64,000 bases of DNA, from assembly GCA_965226375.1 (NCBI GenBank), contig CBDDCX010000008.1, positions 1,792,001 through 1,856,000 of the forward strand. The letters are read 5' to 3'. Position numbers and translations under genes: made by a program. A model generated the notes under the pieces. That model saw nothing but the letters and a program-made list of their open reading frames with translations. It did not search any database and was not told the DNA's origin. Of this stretch, positions 38,384 to 49,502 are shown in pieces; position 1 is the stretch's first letter; each line of letters opens with the position of its first letter. Source of the stretch: Longimicrobiales bacterium. Its GTDB lineage: Bacteria; Gemmatimonadota; Gemmatimonadetes; Longimicrobiales; Gaopeijiaceae.

Positions 38384-39312
38384 CTAGGTCGGAGGGTCCT
38401 GTGCCGCCGGCCAAAGCCAGGCCGCACCGCGCACGCCGCTCGAGTCACCGTGGCTGTTTCGCACCACCCTGGTCGAACACTCGTCGGTGAATACGTAGGA
38501 CGGGAGGGCGTGTCCCAAGTCTTCCGGCAGGTCTGCAAGGTTGGACATGCCTCCTCCCAGCACCACCACATCGGGATCCACCACGTTGATCACCGTGGCC
38601 AACCCTCGCGCCAAGCGATCCACGTACCGGTCGTAGGAGGCACACGCACCCACCTGGCCCTCGGCAGCGCGCGCGGCGATCTCGTGGGTAGAGAGCGCCT
38701 CTCCGGTGGCCATCTCATGGTCGCGGACCAATCCCGGCCCCGATACGAAGGTCTCGAGACAGCCTCGTTTACCGCAGAAGCACTCCGGCCCGGGCCGCTC
38801 ATCGTCCCTGGGCCACGGCAACGGATTGTGGCCCCACTCGCCGCCGATCCGCTGGGGTCCTTCCAGGACGCGGTCACGGATCACCACACCTCCGCCCACG
38901 CCGGTTCCGATGATGACACCGAAAACGACGTCTTCGCCTGCGCCGGCGCCATCGGTGGCCTCCGAGAGCGCAAAGCAGTTGGCGTCGTTCACGACGCGCA
39001 CCGGTCGTCCCAGAACCCGCTCCAGATCCTGGTCGAACGGACGGCCATTGAGCCAACCGGAGTTGGCGTTCTTCACGAGACCCGTCGTGGGAGAGAGGGT
39101 CCCCGGAATGCCCACGCCGACGCTCGCTCGATCCGGAGAGCCCGTCTGGGTCGCGGCCTCCCCCTCCAGCGCGGACACCAGGCCCCGCAGAAGGCCCAAG
39201 GTCTGGTCGCGATGCGACGCCGGGCCAACTCGACACCACCCGGACCGAGGGCCAGCGCCTCGATTTTGGTGCCACCCAGATCGATTCCGATACGCAGCGT
39301 TGGTGTGGACAT
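38384..39312 (-). pseudogene. ROK family sugar kinase (Mak/fructokinase-like), frameshifted near 39205
   Basis: IGIDLGGTKIE in one frame; NDANCFALSE, GTGVGGG, EWGH, CFCGKRGCLE in another. Confidence 0.85.
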
Positions 39313-39426
39313 GACGACATAGTATCGCCTGTCATGACCCTGGGCCCGTCCCGGGATCCGACCAACCACAAGCTCCAATTCAGATCGCGGTAGGGGGCGC
39401 GAAAAGAGCTGGTCTCGAGACGCGCG

Positions 39427-39807
39427 CTAGCGCCCTTCGGCGTCGCTCGAGGCTGAGCGATCATCGCGATCCGAGTGACCGCCCGGTTCAGCGGGATCAA
39501 CGGGGTCGGCTACTGGACTCGACGCGGCGAGCGGAAGTGGCTCGGGGGCAGAGTCCCCCAGGAGAGAGCCGTCCAGGAGCTGCTCGGTGAAGTCGAGACG
39601 GGTGTCCACCGAGTGGAGCCTGGTGGCCATGTCCGCCACCTCGGCCTTGAGCAACTCGATCTCTCTCGGATTCGCGGAGCTCATCTGCCTCGGCGTTGGC
39701 CCCGAGATCTTCTTCAGGACCCACTGCCCCAGGAGCGTCCCGGCCGCCCCCATCGCCCCACCGCTCACGAATATGGCGAGGACCCCAATGATGATCTCCG
39801 GCTCCAT
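39427..39807 (-). CDS. Hypothetical single-TM coiled-coil protein
   Basis: N-terminal TM, RLDFTEQLL. Confidence 0.7.
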   Translation of the reverse strand: MEPEIIIGVLAIFVSGGAMGAAGTLLGQWVLKKISGPTPRQMSSANPREIELLKAEVADMATRLHSVDTRLDFTEQLLDGSLLGDSAPEPLPLAASSPVADPVDPAEPGGHSDRDDRSASSDAEGR

Positions 39808-39921
39808 ACCAACGTCGCCTCAGGTGTGAGTCCAGGAGGGCACATCGACCCTCATGGGTAGGCCGACGAGGCCATCTTGCCGACCCGACGTAGATTCTGC
39901 GTTGTGGGTTTCGATCACCGG

Positions 39922-40923
39922 TTACCCGACCAACGTGGCCACCATCACGGCCTTGATGGTGTGCATCCGGTTCTCCGCCTGGTCGAAGACGATGGAGTGC
40001 TCTCCCTCGAACACCTCATCGGTCACTTCCATGCCGTCGAGACCGAACTTCTGGTATATGTCCTCGCCTACGACGGTCCGTCGATCGTGGAACGCCGGAA
40101 GGCAGTGCAGAAACTTAGCGCTGGGCTGCCCTGTCATCGCCAGCACATCAGAATTGACCTGATATGGCCGGAGCAGCTCGATCCGCTCGGCCCACATGGA
40201 TTCGGGCTCGCCCATGGACACCCACACGTCCGTATATAGGAAGTCGGTGTCACGCACCGCCTCCTTCACGTCTGCGGTCACGGTGACGGTCCCTCCGGCT
40301 GTTCGTGCGTACTCTTTGCTCCTGGCCACCAACCCATTCTCGGGCCAACACACCTCCGGGGCCGCCAGCCTGACATCCATCCCCATCTTGGCCCCGCCCA
40401 CCATGAGCGAATTGCCCATGTTGTTCCGGGCGTCTCCGAGGTAACAATAGGAGATGTCGGACAGGGGCTTGCCGGCATGTTCTTCCATGGTGAGGAAGTC
40501 CGCCAGAATCTGGGTCGGATGAAACTCATCGGTAAGGCCGTTCCACACCGGTACGCCGGCAAACGCACCGAGCTGCTCCACGATGTCCTGACCGAAACCA
40601 CGGTACTCGATACCGTCGTACATGCGCCCCAGCACCCTCGCGGTGTCCTTCATGGACTCTTTGTTGCCGATCTGTGACCCGCTGGGTCCCAGGTACGTGA
40701 CGCCCGCACCCTGATCGTACGCAGCCACTTCGAACGCACAGCGGGTTCGGGTGGACGACTTCTCGAAGATGAGGGCGACGTTCTTGCCCGTGAGGCGCCG
40801 TTGTTCGGTGCCGTCGGCCTTGGCCGTCTTCAGCTCCGCGGCGAGGTCGAGGAGGTACCGGATCTCCTCCGGCGCGAAGTCTTCGAGCTTCAGGAAGTGC
40901 CGGCCCCTGAGGTCCAACGTCAT
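39922..40923 (-). CDS. argF: Ornithine carbamoyltransferase (likely catabolic ArcB by context)
   Basis: [29 protein letters not shown]. Confidence 0.96.
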   Translation of the reverse strand: MTLDLRGRHFLKLEDFAPEEIRYLLDLAAELKTAKADGTEQRRLTGKNVALIFEKSSTRTRCAFEVAAYDQGAGVTYLGPSGSQIGNKESMKDTARVLGRMYDGIEYRGFGQDIVEQLGAFAGVPVWNGLTDEFHPTQILADFLTMEEHAGKPLSDISYCYLGDARNNMGNSLMVGGAKMGMDVRLAAPEVCWPENGLVARSKEYARTAGGTVTVTADVKEAVRDTDFLYTDVWVSMGEPESMWAERIELLRPYQVNSDVLAMTGQPSAKFLHCLPAFHDRRTVVGEDIYQKFGLDGMEVTDEVFEGEHSIVFDQAENRMHTIKAVMVATLVG

Positions 40924-40981
40924 GCACGTTCTCCGATCAATTGATACTGAATATCGTCACGAGATACAGTGGAGCACCATC

Positions 40982-41017
40982 TGAGGTACGGCGGGGCACC
41001 CATTTGAGGTACGGCGG
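40982..41017. repeat. 13-bp direct repeat, 23-bp period
   Basis: TGAGGTACGGCGG at 40982 and 41005. Confidence 0.7.
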
Positions 41018-41039
41018 ATCACCTTGTAATGATCGGGCC

Positions 41040-42374
41040 TCAGACCGCATCCCGTAAGAGCGGGCAAGTCATGCAGTGTCCCCCACCCCTACCCCGGCCC
41101 AACTCTGCTCCGTCCAGGGTGATCACTTCGATGCCGGCTTTCCGGAGCCTGGTATTCGTGTACTCGTTTCTCGAATACGCAACGACCACTCCCGGCTCGA
41201 TGGCAAGCAGGTTATTCCCGTCATCCCATTGCTCGCGCTCCGCCTGAAACTCGTCACCCCCCGTGCCGATGACGCGCAGCTCCGCCAGGCCCAACGCATC
41301 TTGGACGGCACCGAGAAAGCTGTCCTCCTCGTGAATGCACAGCTGACCATCCTCCCGGTCGGAGGGGCGCAAGCTGTATGCCTTGATCGCCTCCACAACC
41401 TTCGGGTAGATCGTGACCGCGTCCACATCCACCATGGTGAACACGGTGTCCAGATGCATGTGCGCCCGGTCTCGGTCCATCTCGCACGCGATCACACGCT
41501 CCGCCACACCCGAGTCGAACAGGGTCTTCGCGAGCAACTCGACCATGCGGGCCGTGGTCCGCTGACTCAGGCCCATGAGAACCGTCTTGTTCCCGATGGG
41601 CATGACGTCACCTCCCTCGAGCGAGGCCCGGCCGAAATCCTCGGCGCTTGGGCCGCTTTCCTTGCCTGGCCTCGGATACCAGAACTCGAAGTCCGCAGCG
41701 ACGAATAGGGGGTGACCGCTGTAGATGAGGCCCACGTTCAGGGTCTCCAAACGACGGGCTCGGTAGTACATCGGGTTTAAGGTCACCCCGTTATAGATCC
41801 AGCATGACGAGTCCCGCGTAAACAATGAGTTGGGAAGCGGAGGCAGGATGAAATCGGCGTGCTCTTCCGCCCGGGCGGTCAGGGAACAGCTGAGATCGAG
41901 CCCCTGCACTTCCCTCTGCGCGAGCCCACCGATGAGATGGGTCGCCAGCTGATCCGGCTCCATCTCGAGGAGGTAAGCCCGAATCTCATCGACCAGTGAG
42001 ACGCCCACGGTCATCTCGGTCACCACCTGCCCGACGGCGGCCCCACGCGCCTGCTCATTAAGGGTCAGCGTCTCCGAGAGCAGATCCCTGAGCAGGTAGA
42101 CCTCGACTCCCCGGTCTCGCAGATGATCCACGAAAACGTCGTGCTGTTCCCTAGCCTTCCGGACCCAGAGGACGTCGTCGAAAAGAAGGTCTTGGGCGTT
42201 CGACGGAGTAAGTCTCTCAAGGCTCAGATCGGGACGGTGGACCAACACCTTTCGGAGCCGGCCGACTTCCGAGGCCACGCCGAAGACGGCCTCCTTTGCC
42301 ACTCGGGCCGCGGGCATGAGTCCGTCGTTTGACTGTGGGGGTGACGTCAGCTCGTCTGGGCTGCCAGCGGCCAA
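41040..42374 (-). CDS. arcA: Arginine deiminase
   Basis: [37 protein letters not shown]; alternative ATG at 42317. Confidence 0.96.
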   Translation of the reverse strand: MAAGSPDELTSPPQSNDGLMPAARVAKEAVFGVASEVGRLRKVLVHRPDLSLERLTPSNAQDLLFDDVLWVRKAREQHDVFVDHLRDRGVEVYLLRDLLSETLTLNEQARGAAVGQVVTEMTVGVSLVDEIRAYLLEMEPDQLATHLIGGLAQREVQGLDLSCSLTARAEEHADFILPPLPNSLFTRDSSCWIYNGVTLNPMYYRARRLETLNVGLIYSGHPLFVAADFEFWYPRPGKESGPSAEDFGRASLEGGDVMPIGNKTVLMGLSQRTTARMVELLAKTLFDSGVAERVIACEMDRDRAHMHLDTVFTMVDVDAVTIYPKVVEAIKAYSLRPSDREDGQLCIHEEDSFLGAVQDALGLAELRVIGTGGDEFQAEREQWDDGNNLLAIEPGVVVAYSRNEYTNTRLRKAGIEVITLDGAELGRGRGGGHCMTCPLLRDAV

Positions 42375-42390
42375 GGCAGGTGCTCCAGGA

Positions 42391-42710
42391 TCATGGGTGG
42401 GCGGCGTCGAATCCCTTGGAAGAGCGCCTTTTCAACCAAACGAAAACGGGAATGCCAGCCAGGAGCAATAGGCTGCCCCAGTAGACGGCGTCCCTCCCCG
42501 CTCCCATGATCGCCCAGGCCGAATAGACAAAGGCCAGACCCGCCACGAGAGAGTGACCCCGAGTGCGCCGACTGAGGTGGCCACCCAACCGACCATGCTG
42601 ACCGATCCATAGGGCGAGAGAGCGGCCGGAAGAAGAAAGACGCCCGAACCGATCATGATGCCGACGACCAGCGCGGTGCACATCCAAAGACCGATCTTCT
42701 TGTTGCTCAT
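42391..42710 (-). pseudogene. APC-family amino acid antiporter (AdiC/PotE/ArcD-like), internally deleted
   Basis: KKIGLW..VGIMIGSGVFLLPAAL N-terminus fused out of frame to the AFVYSAWAIMGAG C-terminus; only about 105 codons remain. Confidence 0.85.
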
Positions 42711-42855
42711 ACCAGGTCACTCGGCACCACAAGGATATTCCGGTCCGCAGGGAGCATGGGGTGAAGAAGCAGGCTACGAGCACCCGAAGGGGGGCGCAAC
42801 GCGAAAGGGCTCCCTTTGGGGGGCCCTCAGATGCGGACTGGTAACCGTGCTCGGC

Positions 42856-43308
42856 TCAGGCCAGCGCGACTCCGCCGCTCCCGCCGGCCCTGGCTCCGAC
42901 GGCACAGACGGCCCAGGCGATAAAACCGATGGGCGCCCCCGAGATCATCCACATGAACGCCACCGAATACTTGTCGTCCGGATAGAGGATGTAGGGCGTA
43001 AACTCGAGGGCGACGCCCGTCAGGAAGCCACCCATGATCAGCGCCGCCAATCCGTGCACCCACTTGCCGCGAAGGGTGCCGAGAGCCCACGACCATGCAC
43101 CTAACGACACCGCGAGCGTCACGACGATGCCACCCATGGTGCACCGATACGGGTGTGTGAAGAGACCCTGTGCGGCTTGGCGCGTGCCGGGAATCCACCC
43201 GAGGTTCGCGCAGATGACCACAACAGCCACCGCAATCACATAAGCGCTGCCATAACGTTTCAGTTGAGCCTGCGTAATCTTTGGACCCACACGCGCCTCC
43301 CGTGTCAA
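42856..43308 (-). CDS. Hypothetical membrane protein
   Basis: Four hydrophobic segments; start uncertain. Confidence 0.5.
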   Translation of the reverse strand: MTREARVGPKITQAQLKRYGSAYVIAVAVVVICANLGWIPGTRQAAQGLFTHPYRCTMGGIVVTLAVSLGAWSWALGTLRGKWVHGLAALIMGGFLTGVALEFTPYILYPDDKYSVAFMWMISGAPIGFIAWAVCAVGARAGGSGGVALA

Positions 43309-43432
43309 AGTACTTTACATTGCAAAGTATCGATCACCGAGTGAGTTGCCAAGTGCGTTGTTGGGGCGGTGGCGGCCGTGAGGGCTCCGTAGGTGTCGGC
43401 CCTTCGAGTGGTCGACGACGTCTCGGTCGGTG

Positions 43433-43885
43433 TCAGCCTGTCGCCGAATCGGACTGCGACTCACTCAACGCCGCGATCTCATCCTTCACCGCCTCCACGA
43501 GGTCACCGAAGTGCGCAGGCTTCTGGAGGCAACGGCGCACGCCGAGAGCGTACGCTCTGCGTAGGTGAGCGGGGTTGGTCGAGGCCGAGAACATGATGAC
43601 CGGGATCTGCCTCAACGGCTCGTGCTCGCTCATCCACTCGAGGATATCGAGACCCGTCATATCGGGAAGCCAAAGGTCCAGAACCATGATGGTCGGGAGG
43701 GGAAAAAAATCCTCGTCGTCCTCGTACGATGGCCACTCACCGCGAAGGTAGCGCTTGGCTCCCTCGCCCCTGACCGCAACGTGCACCCGGGCTTGGGTAT
43801 ACCCGCGTGCGAACACCGCCTCGATGAGGGTGGCGTGGTCTTTGTTGTCTTCGACGACAAGGATGGTCGTCTGGCCCATGTGCAT
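43433..43885 (-). CDS. Single-domain response regulator
   Basis: ILVVED, LDLWLPDMTG, PVIMFS, QKP. Confidence 0.92.
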   Translation of the reverse strand: MHMGQTTILVVEDNKDHATLIEAVFARGYTQARVHVAVRGEGAKRYLRGEWPSYEDDEDFFPLPTIMVLDLWLPDMTGLDILEWMSEHEPLRQIPVIMFSASTNPAHLRRAYALGVRRCLQKPAHFGDLVEAVKDEIAALSESQSDSATG

Positions 43886-44063
43886 CTCCGCTAAGGCGTG
43901 TGATCCTGGGGGATCATCACAACTTCAACATTAGCCAACACTTAACGGCATGGACAAGACCTTTGTTCTGCCGTCTCGGAGACCAGCCGCTTGAACTGAC
44001 CATCTCCGGGTGGTAGATCACGCGGACGGCCTACCCCGAACTTCATTCGACGCTGGCCCAATC

Positions 44064-44603
44064 ATGCCCTCTGCCTCACATCTGCTATACGCCCTCGTCA
44101 GGGAAGGCATGACGCATCTCGTGGGCCTGCCCGACACCATCTCGTCCTCGCTCGTCGACGCTGCGGAGGCCGACCCGGCAACCCGATACGTGCCGGTGAC
44201 CAGAGAGGGCGAGGCCTTCGCCGTGGCAGCCGGGCTCTGGATCGGCGGCGGCGAGCCCGTGGTCATCGTGCAGAACACGGGCCTCCTGGAAAGTGGCGAC
44301 AGTTTGCGTGGCACGGTGGCCCGTATGGGAGTGCCCGTCTTGTGCCTCGTAACGTACAGGGGACATCGGAAGATGACAGCTGCAGGGATGGGACCGGCCT
44401 TCGACCCTCCGGACCGTGCCAACCTTGTACGCCCCGATGTGGATTCGACAGCGCTCCTCACGGAACCGACGCTCCGGACCTGGGGTGTTCCCACGCTGAT
44501 CATGGCCTCGGACGAGGACGTGGCGGGGGTCATCGACCTCTGGGCCCGAGCCCGTCGGGAGTCGAGGCCCGTGGTCGCCCTTCTCAGAGAGAGGCTCGAG
44601 TAG
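44064..44603 (+). CDS. ThDP-dependent decarboxylase alpha subunit (sulfopyruvate/phosphonopyruvate decarboxylase, ComD-like)
   Basis: GLPD, VTREGEAFAVAAG, QNTGL, YRG. Confidence 0.82.
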   Translation: MPSASHLLYALVREGMTHLVGLPDTISSSLVDAAEADPATRYVPVTREGEAFAVAAGLWIGGGEPVVIVQNTGLLESGDSLRGTVARMGVPVLCLVTYRGHRKMTAAGMGPAFDPPDRANLVRPDVDSTALLTEPTLRTWGVPTLIMASDEDVAGVIDLWARARRESRPVVALLRERLE

Positions 44604-45196
44604 TGCTGACCACGGGTGAGGTTCTGGCTCCGCTCTCCCGGTTGCGCACCGACGAGGTGGTGGTGACCACCATGAGCGTGGTGCGACCGTGGGGTCGTCT
44701 GTCGAATCACGTACTGGACTTCGCATCAGCCGACAGCGCCATGGGCCACGCGGCCGACCTTGCTCTGGGAATCGCGATCGCTCGACCGGACCGTCGGGTC
44801 CTGTGCTTGAATGGTGACGGGAGCATGCTCATGACGCTGGGCACTCTCGTGACGGCGGCGTCGGCTGGGGCCACGAACCTTGTCCTGTTCGTGATCGACA
44901 ACGGCACCTACGAGATCACCGGGAACCAGCGCATCCCGGGCGGCGGGAGCGTGGACTTACCTGCGATGGCCGGGGCGGCCGGGTTTCCCGAAGCGTTTTC
45001 CTACGACGATCCCCGAGAATATGAGGCGGCGTTACCGAAGGTTCTGACCGTCGATGGACCCGTGCTGGTCTCGTTGCGAGTGGAGCCGGGAGACGAAGGT
45101 CCGATCAGCCGAAATCCCTCGGAGGAGGCCCGCTACCTGCGGGTGTCCCTGGAGCGGTCCGCCCACCAGCTTCGGCACGACTTGGCCGAAAGCTGA
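44603..45196 (+). CDS. ThDP-dependent decarboxylase beta subunit (ComE-like)
   Basis: SAMG..ALGIA, GDGSMLM..DNG ThDP motif; GTG overlaps the upstream TAG. Confidence 0.85.
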   Translation: MLTTGEVLAPLSRLRTDEVVVTTMSVVRPWGRLSNHVLDFASADSAMGHAADLALGIAIARPDRRVLCLNGDGSMLMTLGTLVTAASAGATNLVLFVIDNGTYEITGNQRIPGGGSVDLPAMAGAAGFPEAFSYDDPREYEAALPKVLTVDGPVLVSLRVEPGDEGPISRNPSEEARYLRVSLERSAHQLRHDLAES

Positions 45197-47603
45197 TCGT
45201 AGCACCCACGTCCTCCCACTACTCGGCCCGCAATGCACGGACCGGGTCGATCTTCAGCGCCCGACACGCCGGGACTGCCGTCGCCAGGAGAGAGATCACG
45301 GCAACCACTCCCGCCACCGTCACAAAAGTGATGGGATCATTGGGCTGAACGCCGAACAACACGCCCGTCATGAGCCGGCTGAGCCAGAACGCGCCCACCA
45401 ATCCGACCACGAGCCCGAGACCCGTTATCCGCGCACCGTCCGAAATCACGACCTTCAGGACCTCGCGCCCCTGGGCGCCCAAAGCGATGCGGATACCCAA
45501 CTCCCTGAGGCGCCGGTTCACCATGAACGAGATCACTCCGTAGAGCCCCAAACCCGCCAACCCCAGGGCCAGAGCCGCGCAGCCACCGAGTAACACCGTG
45601 AGGAACCGAGGCCGGGCGGCCTCACGCTCCACGAGACCCGCCATCGGGATGATCTCCGTCATCGTCTGGTCCGGGTTTATCGACCACACAGCCTCCCGGA
45701 TCGCAGGTGCAATAGATGCGGCAGCCCCCTGGATCTTCACGTACACGTTCATGAGGGAGCGCGGAAAGCCCAGATCCAACACGTAGAGGGCGGTGCGGGG
45801 TTGGGAAGCCAGCCCGTCGTGACGAACGTCCTGGACCACGCCGATGACCGTGTACTCACCTTGGCCAAGGTGCATCGACCGGCCCACCGGGTCCTCACCG
45901 GGCCACTCGAGCTCGGCCAGGGCGCGGTTCACGACAATGCTGGTGACCTCATCCTGGAGGGTAAACGGCCGCCCGCGGTCAAACGTCATCCCCAGAGTCT
46001 CGAAGAAGCCGGGTATCACGATGAACGCACCCGACTCGGGTTGTACCTCGGTGACGCTGCCGTCGTCATGGTGACGACTGAAGGAGTATGGCTCCCCGCC
46101 GCCCGCGAGAGAAGACGTTTTTGAGCCCCCCGCTAGCTCGACACCCGGGACCCGTCGGATCGCCTCCAGAAGGTTCCTGCGGTACGGGACGATCTCGTCG
46201 ACGGCAACGCCACCCGCCACGCTGATGGAGAAGGTCAGGACGTTGTCCGTCTGGAAGCCCGGGTCGACCCTGAGCAGGTTCGAGAGGCTACGGATCATGA
46301 GACCCGAGCCCACCACGAGGATCACGGCCATGGCGGTCTGTGCCACAACGAAGGCACCGCGGGTCCACCCCTGCCCACCACCAGCCACCGCAGCCCCCCC
46401 CCCCTCCTTGAGCACCCCTGCCGGCTCCATGCGTGATATGCGGGCGGCAGGGATCACCCCGAAAGCCAGGCCAGTCACGAGGGAGGCGGCAAAAGCGAAC
46501 ATCACCAGTCGACCGTCCACCGCCACATCAGCGGCGAGTGGAATCGACCCCGCGCTGATTGCGAGGAGGGTCTCCACTCCCAGGGCGGCCACGACCAGCC
46601 CGACCGCACCCCCCAGCACCGAGAGCACCATGCTCTCCGTGAGAAGCTGCCGGACGAGCCGTCCGGAGCTCGCACCCATCGAAATTCGCACAGCGATCTC
46701 CCTCGCCCGGGCCGTCGTCCGGGCCAGGAGGAGGCTTCCCACATTGGCGCACACGATCAGGAGGATCAGTAGGGTGGAGCCCATGAGCATCAGCAGGGCC
46801 GGCCGGATGGGTCCTACGAGTGTATCTCGAAGCCCCTCGACGTTGCCGCTTCCCCAATGCCTATTGGAGTCGGGATACTCCTGGGCCAGGCTAGCGAACA
46901 GCCGGTTGGACTCCTCTAACGCGACGTCCAAAGTAATTCCATCCGCCAGACGGCCCACCACACTCATCCATCGGATGCCCCGCACGTGAGGGATGCCGTC
47001 GTCCGTGATGAGTGAGATCGGAAGCCAGAGACGCACCTCGGGAGCCGGGAAGCGGAACGCATCGGGCATCACGCCGATGACCGTGAAGGCCGTGCCCTCG
47101 AGATTGACGGTGCGGCCGACGACACCCGGATCCGCGCCGAAGCGTGTCTGCCAGAGTCCGTGGCTGAGCACCACCGTGGCGCCCGCGCCCAGGACGACCT
47201 CTTCCGGCGTGAACATTCGTCCGAGGACGGGTGCGACACCCAAGGTTCGAAGAAAGCCTTCGGTGACGTAGGCGGCCGCAACCTGCGTCGGCGGCCCGTC
47301 ACCGAGAAGGTCGATGGCGGTTTGGCCCTCGGTGTACCAGTAGGCGCCCAACGACTCGAACGACGAGGTCAACGCCAGTAGGTCGTCGTAGTCCTGGGGC
47401 GAGAAAAGACCGTCCATGACGCTGCGCTCGTCATCCAGGTGGGAGAGCGCCACCAATCGATCCGCATCGGAATACGGCAGGCTCTTGAGAAGAACCGCGT
47501 CTACAACGCTGAAGATCGCAGTGGTCGCACCCCTCTCTGCCAACGTACGTGAGACACGGAGCACGCAAAGAATTAGAGTAGGGCGAAGGCAGAGAAAACG
47601 AAC

Positions 47604-48053
47604 ATGTTGGGACTGCGAGAGAGAATGGCAGAGAATGGTAGTGCCCCTGGAACCGGGGAGGCCAAGCGAAGCGCGGCAGCTCCTGCGGACCCGGAGGTAG
47701 TAGATAGGCCGCTACGGCGGCGGTTCAGTCCGTCGTACAAGCTGCGGATCGTCGAAGAAGCGGACCGGTGCACCGAGCCCGGCGAGGTGGGTCAAGTCCT
47801 GCGGCGAGAGGGCCTGTACTCGTCGCACCTGACGACGTGGCGCAAGGCGGCGCATAGCGGGTCGCTGAAGGCCCTGTCGAAGAAACGCGGCCGCAAGCCG
47901 GAGCGAAATCCGCTGGATGAGAAGGTACGCAAGCTGGAGCGGCGAAACGCACGGCTCGGGAATGAGCTCAGGAAGGCACACCTGATCATCGACGTGCAGG
48001 GAAAAGTTGCGGGGCTGCTGGGGATAAGCCTCGACGACGGGACAAACTCTTGA
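47604..48053 (+). CDS. IS3 transposase OrfA
   Basis: Identical protein to 17374..17823. Confidence 0.9.
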   Translation: MLGLRERMAENGSAPGTGEAKRSAAAPADPEVVDRPLRRRFSPSYKLRIVEEADRCTEPGEVGQVLRREGLYSSHLTTWRKAAHSGSLKALSKKRGRKPERNPLDEKVRKLERRNARLGNELRKAHLIIDVQGKVAGLLGISLDDGTNS

Positions 48054-49057
48054 AGGCGGCCGATGAGCTGGCTAAGCACGTCGGTGTAAAACCGGCGTGC
48101 GCGGCCCTCGAGGTCTCCCGATCGACGTTGTACCGTCGTCGAGGCCCATCAACCGGGCAACAGCAGCCCCGCCCGACGCCCGCCCGGGCATTGAGCGAGA
48201 CGGAACGAGGCGAGGTCTTCGACACGCTGTGTTCGGAGCGGTTCGTGGACCGCTCACCCGCCGAGGTGGTGGCCACGCTGCTCGACGAAGAGGTCTACCT
48301 GTGCAGCGAACGCACGATGTATCGTGTTCTGGCCTCCGAGGTGCCGGTTCAGGAACGCCGGGCGCAGCGCACCCATCCCGAGTACAAGAAGCCCGAGTTG
48401 ATGGCCACGGCGCCGAACCAGGTGTGGTCCTGGGATATCACGCGGCTGCTCGGGCCGAAGAAGTGGAGCTATTACTACCTCTACGTCATCATGGACATCT
48501 ACAGCCGCTACGTCGTGGGCTGGATGGTGGCGGACCGGGAGAACTCGGCCCTGGCCGGCCGGTTGATCCAGCAGAGCTGCCTGAAGCATGGCGTCCAGCC
48601 CCGGGTCCTGACCCTGCACTCGGATCGGGGAGCTCCAATGACGAGCCAATGCACCGCTCAACTTCTCGCTGACCTCGGCGTGACCCGCTCGTTGAGCCGG
48701 CCTCAGGTGTCGGATGACAACCCGTTTTCCGAGGCTCAGTTCAAAACCTTGAAGTACCATCCCTCGTTTCCCGGACGGTTCGGGGATCAGGGCCAAGCCA
48801 AGACGTTCTGTCGATCGTTCTTCCGCTGGTACAATGCCGAGCACCGCCATGGCGGCATCTCGATGCTAACCCCCGAGCAGGTCCACTTCGGGAACGCCGA
48901 TCAGGTCATTGCCGGCAGGAAATCCGTGCTCCGCGAAGCATGGGCCGCTCATCCCGAACGCTTCGTCAGAGGTGTGCCGAAGCCCAAACCGCTCCCGGAG
49001 GCCGTCTTCATCAATCCTCCCATCCCTTCCCTCACCACACAGGACATTGCTCTCTAA
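48050..49057 (+). CDS. IS3 transposase OrfB (DDE)
   Basis: Identical protein to 17820..18827. Confidence 0.95.
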   Translation: MKAADELAKHVGVKPACAALEVSRSTLYRRRGPSTGQQQPRPTPARALSETERGEVFDTLCSERFVDRSPAEVVATLLDEEVYLCSERTMYRVLASEVPVQERRAQRTHPEYKKPELMATAPNQVWSWDITRLLGPKKWSYYYLYVIMDIYSRYVVGWMVADRENSALAGRLIQQSCLKHGVQPRVLTLHSDRGAPMTSQCTAQLLADLGVTRSLSRPQVSDDNPFSEAQFKTLKYHPSFPGRFGDQGQAKTFCRSFFRWYNAEHRHGGISMLTPEQVHFGNADQVIAGRKSVLREAWAAHPERFVRGVPKPKPLPEAVFINPPIPSLTTQDIAL

Positions 49058-49502
49058 TTAATCCCGTAGAGTGTCCCATTGTCGTTGACAGGTTCCGCAC
49101 CGATCCCGAGAGCGAGGACCATCAGTGCGACGGCCGTGAACCCACGATGCCGCACGAACGTCCGGAGTGCGAACCCGACGTCACTTCTCAATTGCTCCAA
49201 CACATCACCCCCCCCCCCCCCCCCCACCCCTCCCGGGGTCATTCGAAAAGTCATGAAATCCCGATGCCGGCGCGCGCCCCAACGCGGATCGGACCCTGTA
49301 CCACGTCCACGCAAAGGCCAGCCGGCGCGCCTCCCGGCGGAGCCGCTTTCCCGCCTCGTCCTCACCGAGAGTCCTTCGACCGATTTCGCACTCCTCCAGG
49401 AGATCACCGGCGATGCTTAGGCCCTCGGGACCCGGGGGTAGCACATAGAGGAGGAACCGAACGGCCCGAGGGAGCGGACTCTGTGGCTGGAGACGCACGC
49501 TG

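Larger units (their letters stand above)
47531..49095 (+). mobile_element. IS3-family insertion sequence, copy 3
   Basis: Same ORFs as copy 2; CGCAC on both sides (47526-30, 49096-100). Confidence 0.96.
45219..49498 (-). pseudogene. ADOP/MacB-like duplicated ABC permease, split by IS3 copy 3 and frameshifted at a G18 tract
   Basis: LALGIGA|TTAIFSVVDAVLL split exactly by the IS; CANV..AREIAVRISMGA; RELGIRIALGA; IDPVRALRAE. Confidence 0.9.
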
